Shown piece by piece: positions 38,082-46,595 of a stretch of 64,000 nt of DNA. Source of the DNA: an uncultured bacterium (GTDB lineage Bacteria; Patescibacteriota; Minisyncoccia; Phycocordibacterales; CAINVO01); NCBI GenBank assembly GCA_903854195.1, contig CAINVO010000021.1, positions 14,032-78,031 on the forward strand, given 5' to 3'. A program made the translations under genes and the position numbers. Numbering within the stretch: the stretch's first letter is position 1; each line of letters opens with the position of its first letter. The notes beneath the pieces were generated by a model that saw nothing but the letters and a program-made list of their open reading frames with translations, was not told where the DNA came from and did no database searches.

Positions 38082-38828
38082 TTATGACCCGCCAGCGATC
38101 GCAGCATTTTTATCATCAACAAGTCTGTTGTAAAGGCTACGAAGTTCCTCGAAGCTTTTGTAAGTACCTCCGCCCATTGAATACTCCATACAAGCATAGA
38201 CCCCTTCAGGACTTTCCAACGCATCGTTTCCGATGAATAGTTGAAACTTCTGATCCGGAAATCCGCCAGATGAGATTCTCGAACAAAGTTCAGAGAGTAT
38301 CCCGACATTCCATTCGTCGTTCCTGTGCTCTTCACCCATGATGGCCCCTTCAATCAAATTCAAGCACCCAGAAACAAAGTGATATTCTGTTGGAATATAT
38401 ATGATCCGTGGAACATGATTGATAAGAAGAGTCCCTTGTATCCTTCCGAAGTAGAACGCCTTCTTTGTCATTCTTGGGCCTTGGTCATCTGACCTCATTC
38501 TGACATTGTGTTTTTTTACACCCACCAATACGTACTGTCCTTGGTTTTCATCAATTGTTTTTTTCAATCCAATTAATGTTTCAACAATCTCCTCATGGAA
38601 ACCAAAGGAAGATATAACACTGTCAGTGAAATCTTCTCCAGTGGTAATCAATCCTTTGCGAAGTTCAGCTAAAAGTCTGGCTTCTTTTTCGGATTGTCGG
38701 CTTTGGATTTCTTCAATGGCAGAATTTGACTCCGCTCTGATTTTTGTAACTTCACTTTTTGAAGCAGCTTGTTCCTGCCAAAAAGTTTCGATGTCTTTAA
38801 ACCCTACGGGTTTCTCTTGTTCACTCAT
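38082..38828 (-). CDS. Hypothetical protein (248 aa) with an N-terminal coiled coil
   Basis: No confident family. The C-terminal 'MGGGTYKSFEEL' has a faint resemblance to the LOG/SLOG 'PGGxGTxEEL' motif, which is insufficient for assignment. Has its own terminator. Confidence 0.4.
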   Translation of the reverse strand: MSEQEKPVGFKDIETFWQEQAASKSEVTKIRAESNSAIEEIQSRQSEKEARLLAELRKGLITTGEDFTDSVISSFGFHEEIVETLIGLKKTIDENQGQYVLVGVKKHNVRMRSDDQGPRMTKKAFYFGRIQGTLLINHVPRIIYIPTEYHFVSGCLNLIEGAIMGEEHRNDEWNVGILSELCSRISSGGFPDQKFQLFIGNDALESPEGVYACMEYSMGGGTYKSFEELRSLYNRLVDDKNAAIAGGS

Positions 38829-38904
38829 TATGTGTATTTCTGTTCACAAATCTACTCTGAAAACAAAAGAAGTCAATATTTATAAAATATAAATATGATA
38901 AAAA

Positions 38905-38956
38905 TAAAAGAAAAGACCAGTCATACGTTTCCGTGCGACTGGTCCGTTTTTTTTTG
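38905..38956 (-). terminator. Rho-independent terminator after the 38987..39520 gene
   Basis: GACCAGTC-atacgtttccgtgc-GACTGGTC, followed on the + strand by tttttttt and preceded by aaaag (A-run). Confidence 0.55.
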
Positions 38957-38986
38957 GTAAAAACTTGTTAGGTTCAGTAAACTGAA

Positions 38987-39520
38987 TCATTCCTCTTCAG
39001 CGATGCGCCTGAAATGTTGATGCATTTTTTCTTTAAGTTTGCTGAATTCGTGGACGATCATTCCACCAGAATCATTGATGAAAAATTCAACCTGAAGATT
39101 AACTTTTGCACCCTCCTCTCCTGTCTGACGAAAGTCACTTCGATATGCAATAATAATTTTTCCGAGTGAATATGCATATCCAATTTCTGAAGCAGTGCCA
39201 CTGTCAACTTCCTGTCCATCAAGAAGTGCGAGAACGATTCTTGAACAACGTATTGCTTCGACGTTTCGTTCTCCAGTGATTTTGTTTGCCTCTTGAAATC
39301 TTCTGTCACGGATTTTTCCAAGTGGAAGTTTGAGTGCCTTTTCGAAAAGTTCGAGTGGCGCCTTTTCAAATGGATTGATTACTTCGTACCCAATTTTTTT
39401 GAGCACCGGAGTAATCTTTTTTTGAAGAAAAAATCTCCCTGCCTCTGAAAACCCAAAGGGGTTAGCAAGGTAAACTCCGGGTTTTTTATACCCGATTTCT
39501 GTTGTAGTGTTACTTTTCAT
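38987..39520 (-). CDS. Nucleoside 2-deoxyribosyltransferase-like protein (PF05014 family)
   Basis: 'PGVYLANPFGFSEAGR' and 'DSGTASEIGYAYSLGKIIIAY' match the NDT signature, including the catalytic Glu in the DxGTxxExGxA box. Confidence 0.6.
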   Translation of the reverse strand: MKSNTTTEIGYKKPGVYLANPFGFSEAGRFFLQKKITPVLKKIGYEVINPFEKAPLELFEKALKLPLGKIRDRRFQEANKITGERNVEAIRCSRIVLALLDGQEVDSGTASEIGYAYSLGKIIIAYRSDFRQTGEEGAKVNLQVEFFINDSGGMIVHEFSKLKEKMHQHFRRIAEEE

Positions 39521-39618
39521 TTTATATCAGTTCAATCTAGATTCCATATTAAGGAAAAAAGTAGAATAAGCAAGCTTATAGGGTCTTCACCCCGGTATTT
39601 TAATTTTTGCTTTTTAAA

Positions 39619-39671
39619 ATAAAAAACCATCAATTTAAGTTGTGAAGCTTAAATTGATGGTTTGTTTTTTT
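39619..39671. terminator. Bidirectional terminator after the 39723..41411 gene
   Basis: aaaaaa-CCATCAATTTAAG-ttgtgaag-CTTAAATTGATGG-tttgttttttt. Perfect 15-bp stem. Confidence 0.6.
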
Positions 39672-39722
39672 GAGTTTTTCTTTCGGGTCAGTGAAACTGT
39701 TTCGTAATCCCGACCTTTTTCA

Positions 39723-41411
39723 TTAGAGTTTGAACGATACCGAGACTCCTTCAATTTTGGAAACTTTCTTCAAAGCACTTTCCACTAAAGGGTGTTTTTT
39801 TGGTAATCCAAATCCAATTAAAAACTGTCGCCTCATTCCATGATGCCTAAAATGAAATGATGCCATATTCACTTCCATTTCCTTGAATATAGAAGAAATT
39901 TCATTTAGGAGGCCTCTACGGTCTGTTGATCTGTTGAAGCTGACAATGGCAACCCTTTCTGGATTACGTTCTTCCATAAGGGCTATGAGCTCATCAAAGA
40001 GGTTGTTTGATTCTTTAATGTATCGCGGCCCAACATATTTTGCAGCTTCGTCGAAGAAGTTGCCGAGAGGGGCATTGTCGCCGCTCTTTATACAATCTGC
40101 TATACAGTTGCGTACTCTGGTAGCAATCTCCAAGGACCGATCAATACTTCTTAGAGCATAGATGTTTTCTGTCATTATTCCAGGATAAACGGCACGATTT
40201 TTTAGCATTCGGCCATATTTGCACAATGAAATGTTGTAGAAACCTGTGGCTAATTTCATATACTCTCCAATAGGTATGCCAGACTCTTTTAAAGAAAGGC
40301 ACTCTATTAAATTGTAAAAATGTTCTTTACCTTGGATTTCACCCATTATTTCATCATGCCTCTCTGCGTTTATCCATACAGCCTTGGCTCCTGTCGAAAG
40401 AAGGAATTCCTCTACCCAGGCTTTTTTGCCATTTAACCTCCCGTTGCAGACGGCTATTGCTCGACCTTTCCAGCTCCTTGCGGATGGGGGAAAGGTTGGG
40501 TGAAACCCAATTACTTGAGCCTTTGTCGCAAGCATGGCTTCCATTGCTGGAGCTTTTACAGATGTGATGTCAAAGACTAGCTGGTCTTCCTTAAGATGCT
40601 TAGAAATCTTTGAAATAAGCCCTGGGGTCTCTTTTGTTGGGGTACAGAATACAACAACATCGGATCTCCTTATTATTCGCCATATTTTTGACGGATGGGT
40701 ATCTTCACTGATTGACTCAGTTTTGCAACCAAGTTCTTTGAACCTCCTTATAAATGCTAGTCCAAACTTACCCTTTCCTCCAAATACGGCTATATTTAAG
40801 GGTTCAACATAAGGATCGTGATAAAAAACACCGAAAGTGGTGCTATTTCGCGGACAATCCTGAATTTGTTCCTCTAGCACTTTTAATCCATATTTTTTTG
40901 CAATTTTCAGACTTCCTATTGCTGCGATTGTTCTGGATTCTATGCATGTGGCAGTTCTCCTTGCAGCTAAGGCTGTGGATTTTGAGGCTAAAAACCTCAA
41001 TTTCTTAAGGTGAGCATGTTTTTTTATGTTCCCTCTGCATTGATCGTAAGCCTCTCTTTTCGTACTTATAAGTGTTATTTCCTTTACGGATTTAATGCTT
41101 GGATGTACGAGCAAGTTGTGACTTATTTGAAGGGTGATTTTGTCAATTTGTCCAATGTTTGGATTGTTTTTAAGTAATTTTTTGCATACCCTTGTGACGC
41201 CCATAATTTCTCCACAAGTGGAATTATTTATGGGTAGAACTGCAAAAACTTCACTTTCTCTTAGTCTTTTTATTATTTCTCTGTGTGAGTCACACAAAGT
41301 TACAAAAAATTGACCATTTTTCCACTGATAATGCTTTGCAAAAGCAAAAGCTGCCACTTGGCCATTTGTTCCTGCTGGTCCTAGGGCCAGTATTTCTCTA
41401 ATTTCATTCAT
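39723..41411 (-). CDS. Fusion protein: prephenate dehydratase-like domain, prephenate/arogenate dehydrogenase-like NAD-binding domain, and a C-terminal ACT domain
   Basis: N-terminal 'ILALGPAGTNGQVAA', 'LPINNSTCGEI', 'ISTKREAYDQC' and 'AAIGSLKIAKKYGLKVLEEQIQDCPRNSTTF' are PDT-like. Middle 'IAVFGGKGKFGLAFIRR...VFDITSVKAPAMEAM...ERHDEIMGEI' is TyrA-like. C-terminal 'RVAIVSFNRSTDRRGLLNEISSIFKEMEVNMASF' is ACT-like. Confidence 0.6.
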   Translation of the reverse strand: MNEIREILALGPAGTNGQVAAFAFAKHYQWKNGQFFVTLCDSHREIIKRLRESEVFAVLPINNSTCGEIMGVTRVCKKLLKNNPNIGQIDKITLQISHNLLVHPSIKSVKEITLISTKREAYDQCRGNIKKHAHLKKLRFLASKSTALAARRTATCIESRTIAAIGSLKIAKKYGLKVLEEQIQDCPRNSTTFGVFYHDPYVEPLNIAVFGGKGKFGLAFIRRFKELGCKTESISEDTHPSKIWRIIRRSDVVVFCTPTKETPGLISKISKHLKEDQLVFDITSVKAPAMEAMLATKAQVIGFHPTFPPSARSWKGRAIAVCNGRLNGKKAWVEEFLLSTGAKAVWINAERHDEIMGEIQGKEHFYNLIECLSLKESGIPIGEYMKLATGFYNISLCKYGRMLKNRAVYPGIMTENIYALRSIDRSLEIATRVRNCIADCIKSGDNAPLGNFFDEAAKYVGPRYIKESNNLFDELIALMEERNPERVAIVSFNRSTDRRGLLNEISSIFKEMEVNMASFHFRHHGMRRQFLIGFGLPKKHPLVESALKKVSKIEGVSVSFKL

Positions 41412-41510
41412 AACTTACAATCTTTTCTCTCAATTTTTGTCAAAATTCTATTGAAAACTCTGAGGCGATACTACGCTACTCATGGATAAAGTCAAAACCG
41501 TAAAAATAAT

Positions 41511-41538
41511 TTGACTTTCCAAAGGTATTTGCTATGAT
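41511..41538 (+). promoter_or_regulatory. Candidate sigma-70-type promoter for tuf and the downstream S10 genes
   Basis: TTGACT-16 nt-TATGAT, ~200 nt upstream of the tuf ATG. A 9-bp perfect hairpin (aagtttaac/gttaaactt, 41688..41717) sits just before the tuf start. Confidence 0.4.
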
Positions 41539-41736
41539 GACCCGTATCGCGTTTTGCGCTTTTTTTGTCTACGCTGAGAAATTGTTTTCCAATTACTTAG
41601 CTGGTGCAGACCAAGTGGGGCAGAATCAAGATAAAAGTCATTTTATTATCATTCATCAATAATCATATAAGTGCTAGGTGGTAAAGTTTAACAAGTTCTC
41701 GCGCGTTAAACTTTGATACTTAGCCAAAAAAAACAT

Positions 41737-42927
41737 ATGGCAGAAATATTTGATCGATCAAAGCCACACGTTAACGTAGGTACCATTGGACACGTTGACC
41801 ACGGCAAAACAACTCTAACAGCAGCTATTTTGAATGTGCTTTTCCGCGCTGGAAAAGATGTAAAACTTAAAGCTGTTGACCAGATTGACTCAGCCCCAGA
41901 AGAAAAAGCTCGTGGAATCACAATTGCTCTTTCTCACAACGAGTACTCAACAGATGCTCGTCACTATGCTCACATTGATGCCCCAGGTCACGCCGACTAC
42001 ATCAAGAACATGATCACAGGTGCCGCTCAGATGGACGGTGCTATTCTAGTGGTTGCTGCTACAGACGGTGCTATGCCCCAAACTCGTGAGCACGTTCTTC
42101 TAGCAAAGCAGGTGGGTGTACCTAAAATTATCGTTTTCCTAAACAAGTGTGACATGGTTGATGATCCAGATATGATCGACCTTGTTGAAGCTGAGATCCG
42201 TGAACTTCTAGCAAAGCAGGGATTTGATGAGAACTGTCCAGTTATCCGTGGTTCTGCTCTTAAGGCTCTTGAAGCAAAAGACAACACAGATGAATGGTCA
42301 AAGAAGGTTCTAGAACTTGCTGACGCTCTTGATACATATATTCCTATGCCTATTCGTGAGACAGATAAGCCTTTCCTTATGCCTGTAGAAGATATCTTCT
42401 CAATTGAAGGACGAGGCACAGTGGTAACTGGACGTATTGAAAGAGGTATTTGTAAATTAGGTGATGAAATCGAAATTATCGGTATCAAAAACACAGTAAA
42501 GACAACTATCACTGGTATTGAAATGTTCAACAAACAGCTTACCGAAGGTATGGCTGGAGACAACGCAGGTATCCTAGTTCGAGGTCTTAAAAAAGAAGAC
42601 ATCACTCGAGGTCAGGTTCTTGCAAAACCAGGTTCAGTAACTCCTCACACAGATTTCGAATCAGAAGTTTACATTTTGAAGAAAGAGGAAGGTGGCCGTC
42701 ACACTCCATTCTTCACAGGTTACAAACCACAGTTCTATATCCGTACAACTGACGTTACAGGTGAAGTAACTTTGAAAGAAGGTGTTGAAATGGTTATGCC
42801 AGGAGATACAGTTACATTCAAGGTAAAACTAGTTTCACCAGTTGCCCTAGAAGAGAAACAGAGATTTGCTATCCGTGAAGGTGGTAAAACAGTAGGCGCC
42901 GGAGTTGTAACAAAAATCGTTGCCTAA
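41737..42927 (+). CDS. tuf: Elongation factor Tu; start trimmed to '[27 protein letters not shown]'
   Basis: Canonical EF-Tu throughout. Confidence 0.95.
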   Translation: MAEIFDRSKPHVNVGTIGHVDHGKTTLTAAILNVLFRAGKDVKLKAVDQIDSAPEEKARGITIALSHNEYSTDARHYAHIDAPGHADYIKNMITGAAQMDGAILVVAATDGAMPQTREHVLLAKQVGVPKIIVFLNKCDMVDDPDMIDLVEAEIRELLAKQGFDENCPVIRGSALKALEAKDNTDEWSKKVLELADALDTYIPMPIRETDKPFLMPVEDIFSIEGRGTVVTGRIERGICKLGDEIEIIGIKNTVKTTITGIEMFNKQLTEGMAGDNAGILVRGLKKEDITRGQVLAKPGSVTPHTDFESEVYILKKEEGGRHTPFFTGYKPQFYIRTTDVTGEVTLKEGVEMVMPGDTVTFKVKLVSPVALEEKQRFAIREGGKTVGAGVVTKIVA

Positions 42928-42955
42928 TAAAAACAATAATCATTAATAAAACATC

Positions 42956-43318
42956 ATGGCAACAAAAGAATCGACAAAGAAAAAGGAGGCAGCTCACAAA
43001 ACCGAAGATGGTTTTGGAAAGCTTCGCATTCGTGTCCGAGCATATGAATCAAAAATTCTTGATGCTTCGGTTAAGCAGATTATGGATACAGCTATCCGTT
43101 ATGATGCAAAGATTCTTGGTCCTATTCCCTTGCCAACTGAGATAAAAAAATATACAGTCAACCGATCGGCGTTCGTCTACAAAAATGCGCGAGAACAGTT
43201 TGAGATGCGCGTCCACAAGCGCTTGCTTGATATCGTCAACCCTTCACCAAAAATTATAGAAGCTTTGACAAACATGAGCTTGCCATCAGGTGTGACAATC
43301 GACGTTAAAATGATGTAA
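42956..43318 (+). CDS. rpsJ: 30S ribosomal protein S10 (with a short N-terminal extension)
   Basis: 'LRIRVRAYESKILDASVKQIMDTA...GPIPLPT' is the S10 core. Confidence 0.85.
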   Translation: MATKESTKKKEAAHKTEDGFGKLRIRVRAYESKILDASVKQIMDTAIRYDAKILGPIPLPTEIKKYTVNRSAFVYKNAREQFEMRVHKRLLDIVNPSPKIIEALTNMSLPSGVTIDVKMM

Positions 43319-43347
43319 TCCGACTTATTCAGAATTAAATAACCATT

Positions 43348-43950
43348 ATGAAATTTACACTGGGAACAAAACAAAATATGACACAAGTCTTCGATGAAGA
43401 AGGTAATGTGTATCCTGTTACTGTCATCAAGACTGGGCCTGTTGTTGTTACTCAGATAAAAACAAAGGAACGTGATGGTTATGAGGCGATACAGATTGGT
43501 TTTGGTACAAAAAGTTCAAAACGAATCAGTAAACCTATGAAAGGACATTTGAAAGATATGGGAAATTTCAGTACTCTAAAAGAAATTCAAATTTCTGCAG
43601 CTGATCTAAAGGTGGGTGATACCGTAGAAAACAATCTTGAATCTGGTGATAAAGTTGTTGTTTCTGCAATAACAAAAGCTAAAGGTTTTCAAGGTGTAGT
43701 TAAGCGTCATGGTTTTAAGGGTGGTCCACGATCTCACGGTCAAAAGCACTCAGAGCGCGAACCAGGTTCTATCGGTACAGCTGGTTACCAGCGAGTTTTC
43801 AAAGCTCGACGTATGGCCGGCCGTATGGGCGGGGACCGAGTTTCTGTTAAAAATCTACTCGTTGTAGATTTTGACAAGACAACAGGTGAAATACTTATCC
43901 GAGGTGCAGTACCAGGTCGCCGTGGCACACTAGTAGAAATCAACGGCTAG
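43348..43950 (+). CDS. rplC: 50S ribosomal protein L3
   Basis: '[23 protein letters not shown]' matches the L3 signature. Confidence 0.9.
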   Translation: [200 protein letters not shown]

Positions 43951-43987
43951 TTTAATTATATTAGTCCAAAACTGAACAAATAAAATC

Positions 43988-44704
43988 ATGGAAACAAAAA
44001 TTTACAGCCAAACAGGAAAAGAAAAAGGAAGTATTACTCTACCCGAGGATATCTTCGGTCTTTCTTGGAATGCCGATCTAGTTCACCAGGTTGTTCAGGG
44101 TATGCGCTCAAATGAACGTACACCAATTGCTCACACAAAAACTCGTGGAGAAGTTCGTGGTGGAGGTAAGAAGCCTTGGCAGCAGAAGGGTACAGGACGT
44201 GCTCGTCACGGTTCAACTCGATCACCTATATGGGTAGGTGGAGGTGTTGCTCACGGTCCAAGAAACGATAAAAATTACACTCGTAAGATTAACAAAAAGA
44301 TGAAAACAAAAGCTTTGTTTACTATTCTTTCTGCAAAACTTCGCGATGGTGAAATTCTTTTTATCGAATCAATCAACCTTCCAGCATCAAAAACAAAAGA
44401 AGCAAAGGAGTTTATTGGAAACATTGCTACAATCAAGGGTTTTGAAAAAATTGCAACAAAAAAGACAAACACAGCTTACGTTGCTATCCCTACAAAAGAT
44501 GATTCAGTTAAGCGCGGTTTTTCAAATTTTGGAAATATTGCTCTTGATGAAGTTCGCAACCTAAACCCATTAACTGCTCTTCAGTATAAATATTTGGTTA
44601 TTTCATCCCCTGAAGAAGCTCTTAAAGTTTTTTCTGCAAAACCAAAAGCTAAAGCAAAGATTGCTACAGCTAAAAAAGAAAAGGTTACTACAAAGACTAA
44701 ATAA
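43988..44704 (+). CDS. rplD: 50S ribosomal protein L4 (with a Lys/Ala-rich C-terminal tail)
   Basis: The L4 core 'KPWQQKGTGRARHGSTRSPIWVGGGVAHGP'. Confidence 0.85.
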   Translation: METKIYSQTGKEKGSITLPEDIFGLSWNADLVHQVVQGMRSNERTPIAHTKTRGEVRGGGKKPWQQKGTGRARHGSTRSPIWVGGGVAHGPRNDKNYTRKINKKMKTKALFTILSAKLRDGEILFIESINLPASKTKEAKEFIGNIATIKGFEKIATKKTNTAYVAIPTKDDSVKRGFSNFGNIALDEVRNLNPLTALQYKYLVISSPEEALKVFSAKPKAKAKIATAKKEKVTTKTK

Positions 44705-44709
44705 AATAT

Positions 44710-45009
44710 ATGGCAACAATTTCAACTAAAAAACACGTATCAGAAGTTATATCAAAACCTCACATCACAGAGAAGGCTAGTGTTCTTGCTGAAACAGGAA
44801 ATGTCTACACATTTCAGGTTACAAAAGAGGCTAATAAAAGAAGTGTAGCAAAAGCTATAAAGGAGATGTTTAAGGTAGATGCTGTAAAAGTTGCTATTGT
44901 GAACCTTCCTGCAAAGAAAGTTTTTACAAAAGGAAAGTCAGGATCAACAAAGGCAATTAAGAAGGCTTATATTTACCTTAAGAAAGGTGACAAGATTGAA
45001 TTGATATAG
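44710..45009 (+). CDS. rplW: 50S ribosomal protein L23
   Basis: 'ISKPHITEKA...YTFQVTKEANKRSVAKAIKEMFKVDAVKV' matches L23. Confidence 0.85.
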   Translation: MATISTKKHVSEVISKPHITEKASVLAETGNVYTFQVTKEANKRSVAKAIKEMFKVDAVKVAIVNLPAKKVFTKGKSGSTKAIKKAYIYLKKGDKIELI

Positions 45010-45051
45010 TAGAAATAACAGACCAGATAATATAGTAATAGATTTAAAAAC

Positions 45052-45891
45052 ATGAAATCCTATAAACCAACATCCCCATCACGTCGACAAATGAGTAATA
45101 TTTCTTATAGAGATGTTATCACTGCTACTACACCCCATAAAGCTCTTACAAAGGGTTTTAAGCGTTCTGTTGGTCGCAACAACCAAGGTGTTATTACTAC
45201 TCGCCATAAAGGTTCTGGTCACAAAAGAGTTTTCAGAGATATAGATTTTAAATACACAAAACTAGATATTCCTGCAACTATTTCAACTATTGAGTATGAT
45301 CCAAACCGATCAGCTTTTATTTCTCTTGTTACTTATAAGGATGGTGAGAAAAAATATTCTATTCTTCCAAAATCATTAAACGTTGGCGACACTTTTATTG
45401 TGTCAGAAAAGGCTGAAATTAAGGCTGGAAATCGTCTCCCACTTAAAAATATCCCAGTTGGTACATTTGTATACGGAGTAGAAGTCAAACCAAAAGGCGG
45501 TGCATCTATTGCGCGATCAGCTGGAAATTATGCTGAAGTTGTTGCCCATGACGAAGGATATGCTCAAATCAAAATGCCTTCATCAGAAGTTCGTAAGGTT
45601 AAGGATGAGTGTTGGGCATCAGTCGGAGAAGTTTCAAATGATGAAAATCGTCTGCAAAATTATGGAAAAGCAGGACGTAGTCGTTGGAAAGGTATCCGCC
45701 CTACAGTTAGAGGTACAGCACAGAACCCAGTAGACCACCCACATGGAGGAGGAGAAGGACGTCAGGGTCGTGGTCGCCGTCGCGCAATCTCAGTTTACGG
45801 CAAACCAACAGGAAAGGGACAGAAATCTCGACATCCTAAGAAATATTCAAATAAATTTATTGTAAAGCGAAGAAAAGTAGGAAAGAAATAA
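45052..45891 (+). CDS. rplB: 50S ribosomal protein L2
   Basis: 'GRNNQGVITTRHKGSGHKR' and 'VRGTAQNPVDHPHGGGEG' match L2. Confidence 0.9.
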   Translation: MKSYKPTSPSRRQMSNISYRDVITATTPHKALTKGFKRSVGRNNQGVITTRHKGSGHKRVFRDIDFKYTKLDIPATISTIEYDPNRSAFISLVTYKDGEKKYSILPKSLNVGDTFIVSEKAEIKAGNRLPLKNIPVGTFVYGVEVKPKGGASIARSAGNYAEVVAHDEGYAQIKMPSSEVRKVKDECWASVGEVSNDENRLQNYGKAGRSRWKGIRPTVRGTAQNPVDHPHGGGEGRQGRGRRRAISVYGKPTGKGQKSRHPKKYSNKFIVKRRKVGKK

Positions 45892-45925
45892 AAAAAAGAC
45901 CCTCAAATGAGGGTCTTTTTTTGTG
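45892..45925 (+). terminator. Rho-independent terminator immediately after rplB, in the position normally occupied by the rplB-rpsS junction
   Basis: aaaaaa-AGACCCTCA-aat-TGAGGGTCT-ttttttt. Confidence 0.65.
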
Positions 45926-45940
45926 CAGACGCACGTGTTT

Positions 45941-45996
45941 AAAATAAGAAAAACCCACCAGCTGTGACAGGTTTTCCTGTTTAAGGTGGTGGGTTT
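45941..45996 (-). terminator. Rho-independent terminator for the minus-strand 45999..46301 gene
   Basis: On the minus strand: ACCCACCA-...-TGGTGGGT followed by ttttcttatttt. An inner acagg/cctgt hairpin is also present. Confidence 0.5.
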
Positions 45997-45998
45997 GA

Positions 45999-46301
45999 TT
46001 AACTCAGAATGCCGCAACTTCCTTTGCTTGGGATCCAGAGTACTGCTTCTGGCCATTTTAATGGCGATAGGGTGATGTTTTGAGGGAATCTTGCCACAAT
46101 TCCGTCAGGGAAGCTTATGAGCTCAGTCACGACCCCTACTAATGTTTCCCAGTGGCCTAGGAATTTATATGGAATGATTAGTTGGCTGCCATCTAGGACA
46201 GCGCGAATTAATTGGTTTTCAGTAGGGATGTTTATTCTCTGAACACCAATGAATATACTTGCTGGGTTTAGTGGGTAACCATTTTCGTCAGTTACTTTCA
46301 T
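45999..46301 (-). CDS. Hypothetical protein (100 aa) inserted, antisense to the operon, between rplB and rpsS; locally elevated GC
   Basis: Strong SD (TAAGGAG, 6 nt upstream of the ATG). Own terminator. No recognisable family. Confidence 0.45.
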   Translation of the reverse strand: MKVTDENGYPLNPASIFIGVQRINIPTENQLIRAVLDGSQLIIPYKFLGHWETLVGVVTELISFPDGIVARFPQNITLSPLKWPEAVLWIPSKGSCGILS

Positions 46302-46450
46302 GTAATCTCCTTAGTTATCTGGACGGTTTATCCGGACAGATTGGTTTTTCAAGAAAGGGTTTTGCGTAATGTAAAACCATCACTTTCTGACTATACTTTA
46401 ATACAAAAAGTTCGCATTGTCAATACATAGAGTAAACTTGTTAAAATTTA

Positions 46451-46560
46451 AGCCACACATATAGCTCTTTTTGAGAACCTTGCGCAGGCTGACGGGCCGA
46501 GAAGAGCAAAATCCCAGCAGGGATTTATGTGTGTGATCAAAAAGAGCTATATGTGTGGCT
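46451..46560. repeat. 24-bp perfect inverted repeat with a 62-bp spacer (110-bp hairpin element) upstream of the rpsS promoter
   Basis: 46451-46474 'agccacacatatagctctttttga' is the exact reverse complement of 46537-46560. The spacer holds a 7-bp hairpin, aaatccc-agca-gggattt. Confidence 0.7.
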
Positions 46561-46566
46561 GATAAT

Positions 46567-46595
46567 TTGACATTAAATACATCCCTTGATAGTAT
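46567..46595 (+). promoter_or_regulatory. Candidate sigma-70 promoter re-initiating rpsS-rplV-rpsC...
   Basis: TTGACA-17 nt-TAGTAT, 42 nt upstream of the rpsS ATG. Confidence 0.5.

Noticed and set aside
38082-38828. Assigning the 248-aa protein to the LOG/SLOG family and proposing a Thoeris-like NDT+SLOG signalling pair
   Set aside because: The only support is a GGGT....EEL motif that is one residue off the PGGxGTxEEL signature. The gene has its own terminator and so is not demonstrably co-transcribed with the NDT-like gene. I keep it as a hypothesis to test, not a call.
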